Assembly (NCBI GenBank): GCA_040902005.1
Contig: JBBDYA010000104.1
Location: forward strand, 1-16,897
Direction: 5' to 3'
DNA: 16,897 nt
Origin: Gemmatimonadaceae bacterium
GTDB lineage: Bacteria > Gemmatimonadota > Gemmatimonadetes > Gemmatimonadales > Gemmatimonadaceae
Part shown: positions 8,241 through 15,488 of the stretch, in pieces
How positions within the stretch are numbered: the first letter of the stretch is position 1
Layout: each line of letters opens with the position of its first letter
Notes under the pieces: generated by a model
The model's input: only the letters and a program-made list of their open reading frames with translations
The model's database searches: none
What the model was told of the DNA's origin: nothing
Program-made: the position numbers and the translations under genes

Positions 8241-9674
8241 TCAGACGCGATTCACGAGCATACGCACCAGCCGCTTCTTCCATCCGGTGAACCCCGCTTT
8301 CATCCGCTGCTCGGCGGCCTGCTTGATGGCCTCCGCGGTCGTCGGGTACGGGTGGATCACGCTCCCAAGCTGAGCAACCGTGAGCCGGTGTTTCACGGCG
8401 ATCGTGAGCTCGCCGATCAAGTCACCCGCGTGGGAGGCGAGAATGTGCCCGCCCACCACGCGCCCTTTGTGGTCCGTGACGATCTTGACCAGTCCAGCCG
8501 GCGCGAGGTCGGTCATGGAGCGGTCCACGGCGCCGACCTCGCGCCGCCAGACTCCCATGTCGGCGCCGAACCGGTCCCGCGCTTCCGCTTCGGTGAGTCC
8601 CACGCGCGCCAGCTCGGGATCGGTGTACGTCACCCACGGAACGGCCGAATAGTCCACGTGCGACGCGCCCGGGAAGAGCGCGTTGCGCAGCACCGCGCGC
8701 GCCATGTGGTCCGCCACGTGCGTGAACTTGAGACCACCGCTCACGATGTCCCCAGCGGCGAAGATTCCGCGAACGCTCGTGCGCAGCTTGCCGTCGGTCA
8801 CCACACCGCCGCGGTCCGTTCGCACGCCAACGCGATCCAGTCCCAGGGCATCGAGGTTCGGACGCCGCCCCACGGCGACGAGCAGGGCGTCGCCCGCCAG
8901 CTCGCGCGCGGAACCGTTGCCCTCGTCGCCAACAGTCACGGTAATCGCGTCGGCATTGCGCCGGACGGCGGTAGCGCGCGCGCCCAGATGAAACTGGATT
9001 CCCTCGCGCTCCAGATGCTGCTGCAGCATGGAGGCGACCTCGGGATCCTCGCGGCTGAAGAACGCAGGGAGCTCTTCCACGATGTGCACCTCGCTGCCGA
9101 GCCGCGAGAAGGCCTGCGCCAGCTCGACGCCGATCGGACCGCCGCCGATGACCACGAGCGCCCGGGGCAGCCGCTCGATGCCGAAGATCGTCTCGTTCGT
9201 GTGAAAGCCCGATTCGGCCAGTCCGGGAATCGGCGGCACGGCCGGCCGCGTACCAGTCGCGATCACGATGTTTCGCGCGCGATACCGTGTGCCGTCCACG
9301 ACGACGCTCCCGGGGTCCTCGATCGCGGCCTCGCCCTGGATCACGCGCACGCCCAGCGACCGGAACCGTTCCGGGGAATCGTGCGGGGCGATGCGCTCCT
9401 GCACCGCGCGCACATGCGCGAGCGCCGTGTCGAGGCGGAGGTGCACCTTCCCGGTTTCCACGCCGAACCGGGCGGCGGCGCGGGCGTCGTGCGCGGCGCG
9501 GGCCGCCGCGATCAGCGCCTTGCTGGGCACGCAGCCGTTCCACAGGCATTCGCCCCCCATGCGGTCGCGCTCGATGAGGGCCACCCTGGCGCCAAGTCCG
9601 GCGCCTCCGGCCGCGGTGACGAGTCCGGCTGTGCCGCCGCCGATGGCTATCAAGTCGAAGCGATTGTCGTTCAT
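8241..9674 (-). CDS. Class I flavoprotein disulfide oxidoreductase (MerA/dihydrolipoamide dehydrogenase-like, not a true MerA)
   Basis: FAD motif IGGGTAG, redox disulfide GGECLWNGCVPSK, NAD(P) motif IGGGPIGVE, C-terminal IHPYPT. It lacks the terminal CC pair and ends in a basic amphipathic tail. Start at 9674 (MNDNRFD), with an alternative in-frame ATG at 9740. Confidence 0.9.
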   Translation of the reverse strand: MNDNRFDLIAIGGGTAGLVTAAGGAGLGARVALIERDRMGGECLWNGCVPSKALIAAARAAHDARAAARFGVETGKVHLRLDTALAHVRAVQERIAPHDSPERFRSLGVRVIQGEAAIEDPGSVVVDGTRYRARNIVIATGTRPAVPPIPGLAESGFHTNETIFGIERLPRALVVIGGGPIGVELAQAFSRLGSEVHIVEELPAFFSREDPEVASMLQQHLEREGIQFHLGARATAVRRNADAITVTVGDEGNGSARELAGDALLVAVGRRPNLDALGLDRVGVRTDRGGVVTDGKLRTSVRGIFAAGDIVSGGLKFTHVADHMARAVLRNALFPGASHVDYSAVPWVTYTDPELARVGLTEAEARDRFGADMGVWRREVGAVDRSMTDLAPAGLVKIVTDHKGRVVGGHILASHAGDLIGELTIAVKHRLTVAQLGSVIHPYPTTAEAIKQAAEQRMKAGFTGWKKRLVRMLVNRV

Positions 9675-9811
9675 GGGAGATCCGGGAGTCCATTGGTGGC
9701 TCGCGCGGGAACCTGCGGGCGCGACGGTGTCTTGATGCATGTAATGGGACGAACAAGCAATGCCGCGCCCCGGCGAAAAGTTCGCCCCGTGTTTCCTTTC
9801 ACCTGACAGGA

Positions 9812-11266
9812 ATGAACAGCATCAGCGATTCTGTTGACATGACGACCCGAAACCGCCCTGCTTCTGCCCTGCTGCGACTCGGGCTGTTCATCGCTTTGTT
9901 GGCGGGAGTGTGGCTGGCGGCGCGGCACCTGGGCGTGCTTGCGCAGTTCGAGCCGGAGCGCCTCGCCGACCTCGTGCGGAGCGCCCGCGCTGTGTCGTGG
10001 GCGCCGGCGGCGTTCGTGGTCATCTACGCCGTCGTCGCCACCCTGGGGCTGCCGGGCACGCCGCTCACTCTGGCCGGCGGCGCGCTCTTCGGCGCCGTGT
10101 GGGGCACGGGTCTCAACTGGATGGGCGCGACACTCGGCGCCACCGGCGCGTTCTTTCTGGCGCGCACTCTCGGCGCCGGCGCGGTTCGCTCGTTGCTCGG
10201 AAAACATGCGAAGGCCCTCGATCGCTTTGGCGACAGCGGCTCGTTCCTGGCGATGCTCAGGCTGCGGCTCATCCCCGTGGTGCCGTTCAATGCGCTGAAC
10301 TTTGGAGCCGGACTGGCCGGAGTGAAACCGGCCGTGTACATCGCCTCGACGGCGATCGGCATTCTCCCCGGAACCGCCGTCTACACCTATTTCGCAGACG
10401 CGCTGCTCTCCGGCGTGGAGGGTGCCCGACAGGAGGCGTTCGTGCGCGTGGCGATCGCGGGGGCGCTGCTCATCGCGCTCTCGTTCGTGCCGTGGCTCGC
10501 GCGCAAGCTCGGCTGGATCTCGGCGGCGCTGCTGCTGGCCGTGTCACCGACCGTAGCGCCGGCACAGACGCCGGATCACGGCCCGTGGGACGCGATGCTG
10601 AAGGTTCACGTGTCCGACGGGCTGGTGGACTACGACGCGTTCGGACGGGATGCGCGGTTTCCCGCCTATCTGCGCAGTCTCGACGCCGTTAACCCCGCAG
10701 CGCTCTCCGAGGCGGACCGGCTGGCGTACTGGATCAACGTCTACAACGCCTACACGATCGAGTTGATCAACAGCCGCAAGGAGCGCAAGTCCATTCGCAA
10801 CATCAACAAGCGCTTCGGCATTCCCATGAAGAGCCCGTGGGCCGAGCCGGTGGTACGCGCGGGCGCACGCGCGCTGACGCTGGACGACGTGGAGCACGAG
10901 ATCATCCGAAAGGAGTTCGACGAGCCCCGCATCCACGTGGCGCTCGTGTGCGCCGCGATCGGATGTCCGCCGCTCAGAACGGAAGCGTACGCCGGCGCGC
11001 GACTGGACGAGCAGCTCGACGATCAGACCCGGCAATTCCTTTCGGACCAACGCAAGAACAGGGTGGACGTGGCATCGCGCACGGTGTACGGCTCTCCCAT
11101 CTTCTCGTGGTATCGCGAGGATTTTGGCGGCGACCTCCGCGGCGTCGGCGCGTTCTGGGCTCGCTACTTTCCCGCCGGCGAGGCGCGCGATCTATTGAGC
11201 TCCGGTAATTTCCGCTGGGTGGATAACGACTACGACTGGTCGCTCAACATCCGGCCGCGCCGGTAA
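9812..11266 (+). CDS. TVP38/TMEM64 (VTT, DedA superfamily) membrane domain fused to a C-terminal DUF547 domain
   Basis: N-half: LPGTPLTLAGGALFG, LRLIPVVPFNALNFGAG, GILPGT (VTT). C-half: GLVDY, LAYWINVYNAYTI, LTLDDVEHEIIR, EPRIHVALVCAAIGCPPL, SPIFSWYREDF, YDWSLN (DUF547). Start is 9812 or 9839. Confidence 0.9.
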   Translation: MNSISDSVDMTTRNRPASALLRLGLFIALLAGVWLAARHLGVLAQFEPERLADLVRSARAVSWAPAAFVVIYAVVATLGLPGTPLTLAGGALFGAVWGTGLNWMGATLGATGAFFLARTLGAGAVRSLLGKHAKALDRFGDSGSFLAMLRLRLIPVVPFNALNFGAGLAGVKPAVYIASTAIGILPGTAVYTYFADALLSGVEGARQEAFVRVAIAGALLIALSFVPWLARKLGWISAALLLAVSPTVAPAQTPDHGPWDAMLKVHVSDGLVDYDAFGRDARFPAYLRSLDAVNPAALSEADRLAYWINVYNAYTIELINSRKERKSIRNINKRFGIPMKSPWAEPVVRAGARALTLDDVEHEIIRKEFDEPRIHVALVCAAIGCPPLRTEAYAGARLDEQLDDQTRQFLSDQRKNRVDVASRTVYGSPIFSWYREDFGGDLRGVGAFWARYFPAGEARDLLSSGNFRWVDNDYDWSLNIRPRR

Positions 11267-11293
11267 GCCATGATGTCTCCGCGACCATGAAGA

Positions 11294-12043
11294 ATGGCTG
11301 AGTTCTCCGACCTCCCGCTGCGCTACCGAGTCCAGATGGCGGCGTACCGGTGGCGCCGCGTCGACCCGCTCACGTGGACACCACTCGCGGTGCCACTGAG
11401 CGAGGCGCGCATCGCGCTCGTGACCTCGGCGGGGCTCTATCAGCCGGGGACGGACGAGCCCTTCGCGCGCGTCCCCGGCGGAGACCACACCCTCCGGATC
11501 ATACCTGATGACGTCGATCTCCAGTCGCTCGCTATCGGTCAGACGAGCCGGGCCTTCGATCGCGGGCCGATGGAGTCCGACCGCAACGCCGCACTCCCCA
11601 TTGACCGTCTGCACGCGCTGGTTGAGCGTGGCGATGTCGGATACGCGGCGCCGCGCCAAGTGAGCTTCAACGGTTCGATCACCGCGCCGGCGCGGCTCGT
11701 TCGCGAGAGTGCCTTGACCGCAGCACGGGTGTTCGCCAGCGATCGCGTCGACGCGGTGCTGCTGGTTCCCGTGTGACCGATGTGCACGCAGTCCGTGGGA
11801 CTGCTTGCGGGAGCGCTCGAACGACACGGGATCGCGAGCGTCTGTATCGCGCTCGTGCGCTCGATTGCGGAGAAGGTTCGTCCGCCCCGCGCGCTTGCCG
11901 TGCCCTTCCGCTTCGGGGCGCCCCTTGGCGAGAGCAACGATGCGGCTGAACATCTCGAGGTCATGCGCGCCGCGCTCGCTCTGCTCGCTGAACCCGGGCC
12001 GCCCCCCATCCTGCGCGATTATCGAACGCGTTCGATGCCTTGA
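11294..12043 (+). CDS. Selenoprotein of the glycine/sarcosine/betaine/D-proline reductase selenoprotein B family (PrdB-like), 249 aa, Sec at residue 161
   Basis: ORFs 11294..11776 and 11780..12043 are in the same frame, joined by GTG TGA CCG ATG TGC = V-U-P-M-C (UxxC). PrdB/GrdB-like motifs occur on both sides (WTPLAVPLSEARIALVTSAG, D.N..LPIDRL, VDAVLLVP / CTQSVGLLA..LE..GI.SV, PPRALAVPF.FG.PLG). A SECIS-like hairpin follows. Confidence 0.88.
11784..11808 (+). promoter_or_regulatory. Bacterial SECIS-like stem-loop
   Basis: GCA-C-GCAGTCC-GTG-GGACTGC-T-TGC: a perfect 7-bp upper stem (11788-11794/11798-11804) plus a 3-bp lower stem. The G-starting apical loop lies 18 nt after the TGA at 11774-11776. 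Confidence 0.75.
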
Positions 12044-12066
12044 GGTCGAACCCCTACCGTCAACGT

Positions 12067-13479
12067 TCACGCGGCGCAGCACGACAGCTTCGACACGTCC
12101 TTGCTGAACGCCTGCGCGGCCAGCTTGATCCCCTCGGAGAGGGTCAGGTACGGGTGAAACGCGGTGGCGAGATCCTCGATGGTCAACTGAAAGCGAATGG
12201 CGAGACTCACCTCGGTGATCATCTCCCCTGCCTCGGCTGCGAGGATCTGACCGCCGATCAATCGACGAGTGGGACCGTCCGCCACGAGCCGCACGAACCC
12301 GCGCGTGTCGCGGGCCGCGAGCGCCCGCGGCACGTGCTCGAGCCCCAGCGTGGACGCGATCGGCTCGATGCCCTTCCGCGTGGCCTCCTGCTCCGTGAGC
12401 CCCACCGACGCGACGGACGGGTCCGTAAACGTGACGCGCGGAACCGCCGTGAGATCATAGCTGCGCGAGTTGTCGCCAAGCGCGTTCTCGGCGGCGACGT
12501 TCCCCGCGTACGCCGCCACGTACACGAACATCGGATCGCCGGTCACGTCGCCGGCGGCGTAAATGGCCGCGGCACTCGTCATCAGGTGCTCGTCCACCAT
12601 AATCTCGCCGCGCGCGCCCAGGCGGACGCCTGCGGCATCGAGGCCCAGCGCCCGCGTGTTCGCGCGACGACCGGTGGCCACCAGAAGCTGTTCGGCTTCC
12701 ACGGAGCGCGATTCGCTCCCGTCGCGGAAGAACACCGTGTAGCCGCTCCCGCGCTCCACGCGCTCGACCTGTACGCCGGTGTGCACCGTCATTCCCTCGG
12801 CGGAGAGATAGCCCGCGAGCCCTTCGCCGATCGCGGGATCTTCCGCGGGGAGCAGCACCGGTGCCGCCTCGAGCACGATGACGGAGACGCCGAGCCGGCT
12901 GAACGTCTGACCCAGCTCGAGTCCCACCGCGCTGCCACCGATGACAATGAGCGACCGCGGCAGCTCGCCGAGGTCCATGGCCGACTGGCTGTCGAGCGCA
13001 CCGGCCGCGGCGAGCCCGGGAATGTCCGGACACCATGGCGAGGCGCCGGTCGTGATCACCGACCGTTGGACAGTGATAGTGGCGCCATCCGCGAGGGCGA
13101 TTGCATTCGCGCCCGTGAATCGCGCGCGCTGCCTCAGTACCGTCACCGACTCGTAGGATTGCAACACGTCCTCGTACTTCGCCGTTCTGAGGCGCGCCAC
13201 CAGCTCGTCCTTTGCCGCGCGCACGAGATTCCACTCGGGGCGCCCGTCGGTGGACGGAATCCCCTCGAAGGGGTGGTGCGAGCGCCGGTGCAGGGATTCG
13301 GCGGCGCGAATCAGCGTCTTGGAGGGAACGCATCCCACGTTGACGCAGGTGCCGCCGAGGGTTCCGCCTTCGATGAGCGCCACGCGGGCGCCAAGCTCGG
13401 CGCCCTTGATCGCCGCGGCAAAGCCGGCAGATCCGCCGCCAATGACGGCGAGATCGAAAGTGGCGTCCCTGGGTGTCAT
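12067..13479 (-). CDS. merA: Mercuric reductase lacking the N-terminal NmerA domain
   Basis: GGTCVNVGCVPSKTLI, FVYVAAY, FHPYLTLSEG and diagnostic C-terminal SKLSCCAA. The start overlaps the merP stop (ATGA). Confidence 0.95.
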   Translation of the reverse strand: MTPRDATFDLAVIGGGSAGFAAAIKGAELGARVALIEGGTLGGTCVNVGCVPSKTLIRAAESLHRRSHHPFEGIPSTDGRPEWNLVRAAKDELVARLRTAKYEDVLQSYESVTVLRQRARFTGANAIALADGATITVQRSVITTGASPWCPDIPGLAAAGALDSQSAMDLGELPRSLIVIGGSAVGLELGQTFSRLGVSVIVLEAAPVLLPAEDPAIGEGLAGYLSAEGMTVHTGVQVERVERGSGYTVFFRDGSESRSVEAEQLLVATGRRANTRALGLDAAGVRLGARGEIMVDEHLMTSAAAIYAAGDVTGDPMFVYVAAYAGNVAAENALGDNSRSYDLTAVPRVTFTDPSVASVGLTEQEATRKGIEPIASTLGLEHVPRALAARDTRGFVRLVADGPTRRLIGGQILAAEAGEMITEVSLAIRFQLTIEDLATAFHPYLTLSEGIKLAAQAFSKDVSKLSCCAA

Positions 13480-13868
13480 GGGCGTGACACCTGTCGCGGA
13501 ACCCGCGTCGCGCTGGTTTCATTCGGCAGGATTCGCGCGCCATATCCCGTCAACTGGGTGAGACGCTTCGTGATCTCCTGCGGGGTCACGCGTTGGCTGT
13601 CGTAACGAACCACGCCGAGGCTGTCCTGGTAGGTCACCGTGGCGCTGACCACGCCAGGGATTTTCCGGAGCGCCAGCCGCGCGGTGGCCGGGCAGGTGCC
13701 GCAGGTCATTCCCGAGATATGAAGCCGCACCGTCGATGTATCGGCGCCCTGCTCTGCCCGCGGCGCCTGGCGCTCCTGCGCAGCGGCATCGCCCGTGTCG
13801 CACAGGGGGCAAAAGGCGCTTGCGAATGCCGCAGTGGCTACCAATGTTGCGATTTTGATGATGGTCAT
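13476..13868 (-). CDS. merP: Periplasmic mercury-binding HMA protein (MerP-like), 130 aa
   Basis: ATG at 13868 preceded by AGGAG. Signal peptide MTIIKIATLVATAAFASA, HMA motif GMTCGTC, located between merT and merA. Confidence 0.85.
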   Translation of the reverse strand: MTIIKIATLVATAAFASAFCPLCDTGDAAAQERQAPRAEQGADTSTVRLHISGMTCGTCPATARLALRKIPGVVSATVTYQDSLGVVRYDSQRVTPQEITKRLTQLTGYGARILPNETSATRVPRQVSRP

Positions 13869-13882
13869 GATGCTCCTGTGCG

Positions 13883-14236
13883 TCAGTTGAGAATGAAGCG
13901 AGACCACCACGGAAACAGCAGCAGTGGAATCGCGAGTGCGGTTGCCGTCCACAACGCCCAGCGCAAGCGCCGTCGCGCGCGCGGTGACGCACACGATGCG
14001 CCAGGCACGCACGCACGGTTTTGTTCGTGCCGGAGCATCCAGTGGCCGTAACCGAGCCCGAGCACCGTTGCCCCGACAAAGACGGGGCGCCATGGCTCGA
14101 ACGCGGTGGCCAGCCCCGCCGCGCTGAACCCCAGCGTGAGCGCCACGAGGGGACCCGCGCAGCAGATCGTGGACGCGATGGCAGCGACGACTCCGCCGGC
14201 AGTCGAGGCAAACGCCTTAGTCGCAGCCGGCAGCAT
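13883..14236 (-). CDS. merT: Mercuric transport protein MerT
   Basis: ASTICCAGPLV (TM1 Cys pair), FEPWRPVF, ACVPGASCA (cytoplasmic Cys pair), three TM segments, FPWW end. Confidence 0.93.
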   Translation of the reverse strand: MLPAATKAFASTAGGVVAAIASTICCAGPLVALTLGFSAAGLATAFEPWRPVFVGATVLGLGYGHWMLRHEQNRACVPGASCASPRARRRLRWALWTATALAIPLLLFPWWSRFILN

Positions 14237-14630
14237 CTGCCTCCTCCAGCGCCGCGAGCACCGGACAGCTCGGCGTCGTGCGGCGCGCCCGGCAGGAGAC
14301 AGCGAGATGTTCGAGCGCGTGTTTCAGGCGGTCGAGCTCTGCCATCTTGCTCTCGATGACGTCGATCTTGGCGCGCGTCTTTCGCTCCACCGCCGCGCAC
14401 GCCGAGCCGTTGCGAACGCGGAGCGCGAGCAGCTCCTGAATCTCGTGCAGCGAAAAGCCAAGGCGCTGTGCGTGCTTGATGAAGCGTATGCGCCGCACCT
14501 GCTCGTCGTCGTACTGCCGGTACCCCGCCGCAGTGCGGCGTGTTGCCAGCAGCAGCCCCCGCCGCTCGTAGTACCGCACCGTCTGCACGTTCACGGCGGC
14601 CGCGCTCGCAATCTGTCCGATGGTCAGCAT
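14217..14630 (-). CDS. merR: Hg(II)-responsive transcriptional regulator MerR
   Basis: HTH TIGQIA...VQTVRYYERRGLL, GYRQY and LGFSLHEI. Cys78/Cys113/Cys122 have the same spacing as the Hg-binding C82/C117/C126 of Tn21/Tn501 MerR. Confidence 0.93.
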   Translation of the reverse strand: MLTIGQIASAAAVNVQTVRYYERRGLLLATRRTAAGYRQYDDEQVRRIRFIKHAQRLGFSLHEIQELLALRVRNGSACAAVERKTRAKIDVIESKMAELDRLKHALEHLAVSCRARRTTPSCPVLAALEEADAAGCD

Positions 14631-14654
14631 CGTGTCCGGTGTTGGTTCGCTCTC

Positions 14655-14686
14655 AGTCTACACCCTGTACCTGGGTACAAGGTCAA
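14655..14686 (-). promoter_or_regulatory. MerR-dependent sigma70 promoter with operator dyad
   Basis: Minus strand: -35 TTGACC (14686-14681), 20-bp spacer, -10 TAGACT (14660-14655). Dyad CCCTGTAC-CTGG-GTACAAGG (14663-14682) has the GTAC-N4-GTAC core of mer operators. Confidence 0.9.
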
Positions 14687-14700
14687 GTGGCACCACCGGG

Positions 14701-14823
14701 TTCCCGCGCGTGCCGGGGTACCTCGCCTTCATCTCCGGCACCTCCATCAGCGAGAGCAACGGCCGTCCGAACGCCGCCATGGGGCACGTGTCCATACGCG
14801 CCTTCGCGTTCGTGCTCGGCTTC
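14701..14823 (+). pseudogene. Fragment resembling the N-terminus of CcdA/DsbD-type cytochrome c biogenesis protein
   Basis: Translates to FPRVPGYLAFISGTS...IRAFAFVLGF, resembling CcdA 'PCVLPLVPGYLSFISG...ALAFVLGF'. There is no credible start and no SPC motif, and the frame stops at 14844. Confidence 0.55.
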
Positions 14824-14825
14824 GC

Positions 14826-15329
14826 GGCCGCTGCCACCGCGTGATCGGCAAGTATCTCGAGGATTACGAGAACAACGACCACCGCGCCGAGGATGCGTTC
14901 AGAAGGGCGCTGGCGCTGTCGCCGGAGATGAGGCGCTCACGCTTCGAAGATCTCCCGGTGGGTTACCGCATGATGATCGAGGCATTGGGGAATCTCGATG
15001 GCGATACGTCGCGGGTGATCGCCGCGATGGACGAGGCGATGGCCGTCGGTGCGAACCGCGATCCCGAGGCGGTCTTCCTGATGGGCCTGACCTGCGCGGC
15101 GCTGCAGATCAACGAGCGTGCGTTGCAGATGATCGGGTCGTCGGTGGACGACGGGTTCACCCCCGTTCATGCCCTGCAGCACGCTCCAGTGCTTGCGGGG
15201 CTCCGCGATGCGGGTGCGCTGACGTCCGTAATGGAGCGCGCCCGACAACGTCAACGCATTGCGCTGGCGATCTTCGAGCGCGGTGAGGGGCCAGTGCTGT
15301 TGGGTGTTGGGCTCGAGAGAGCGCTTTGA
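14826..15329 (+). pseudogene. C-terminal remnant (or short ORF from GTG 14841) of a TPR-repeat protein
   Basis: GRCHRVIGKYLE...AEDAFRRALALSPE and DPEAVFLMGLTCAAL...ALQMIGSSVDDGF look like TPR helices and tails of kinase/regulator-TPR proteins. Protein-like sequence begins abruptly where the ccdA-like fragment ends. Confidence 0.5.
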
Positions 15330-15488
15330 GCAGGCGTCGAGCCGGCCGGTGCCGGGCCTGGCCGCAGGCAGTGCGGCGCTCCGATCCAACGCGCCGGGAT
15401 CAGTCTCGCGTTCGTGGACACTCACGGCGCTCCTGTGAACGAAGTCGAGATCGACGGATTTTCTCGTCGGCGTCAGCGCGGTCGAAGA

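Noticed and set aside
11270..11296. In-frame ATG ATG TCT CCG CGA CCA TGA AGA ATG upstream of the selenoprotein, a possible second Sec
   Set aside because: No convincing SECIS-like hairpin follows this TGA and there is no redox motif context. Family-like sequence begins at the ATG at 11294.
12040..12085. Possible Sec read-through at the merA TGA stop
   Set aside because: MerA already ends in canonical SCCAA with TGC TGC codons, so the TGA is the normal stop.
13869..14093. Extended N-terminus of the merP ORF as given in the track
   Set aside because: It overlaps merT in another frame. The ATG at 13868 has an RBS and a signal peptide.
113..14648. 8-mer GAACCAAC in three intergenic regions (113-120, 6798-6805, reverse at 14641-14648)
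   Set aside because: Short, found post hoc, and in inconsistent positional context, so compatible with chance.
12044..14700. mer operon as a transposon
   Set aside because: No transposase, resolvase, terminal inverted repeats or target-site duplication were seen.
14106..14825. N-terminal part of the 407-aa ORF 14106..15329
   Set aside because: It overlaps merT/merR antisense and the mer promoter. Only the part from about 14826 looks protein-like.
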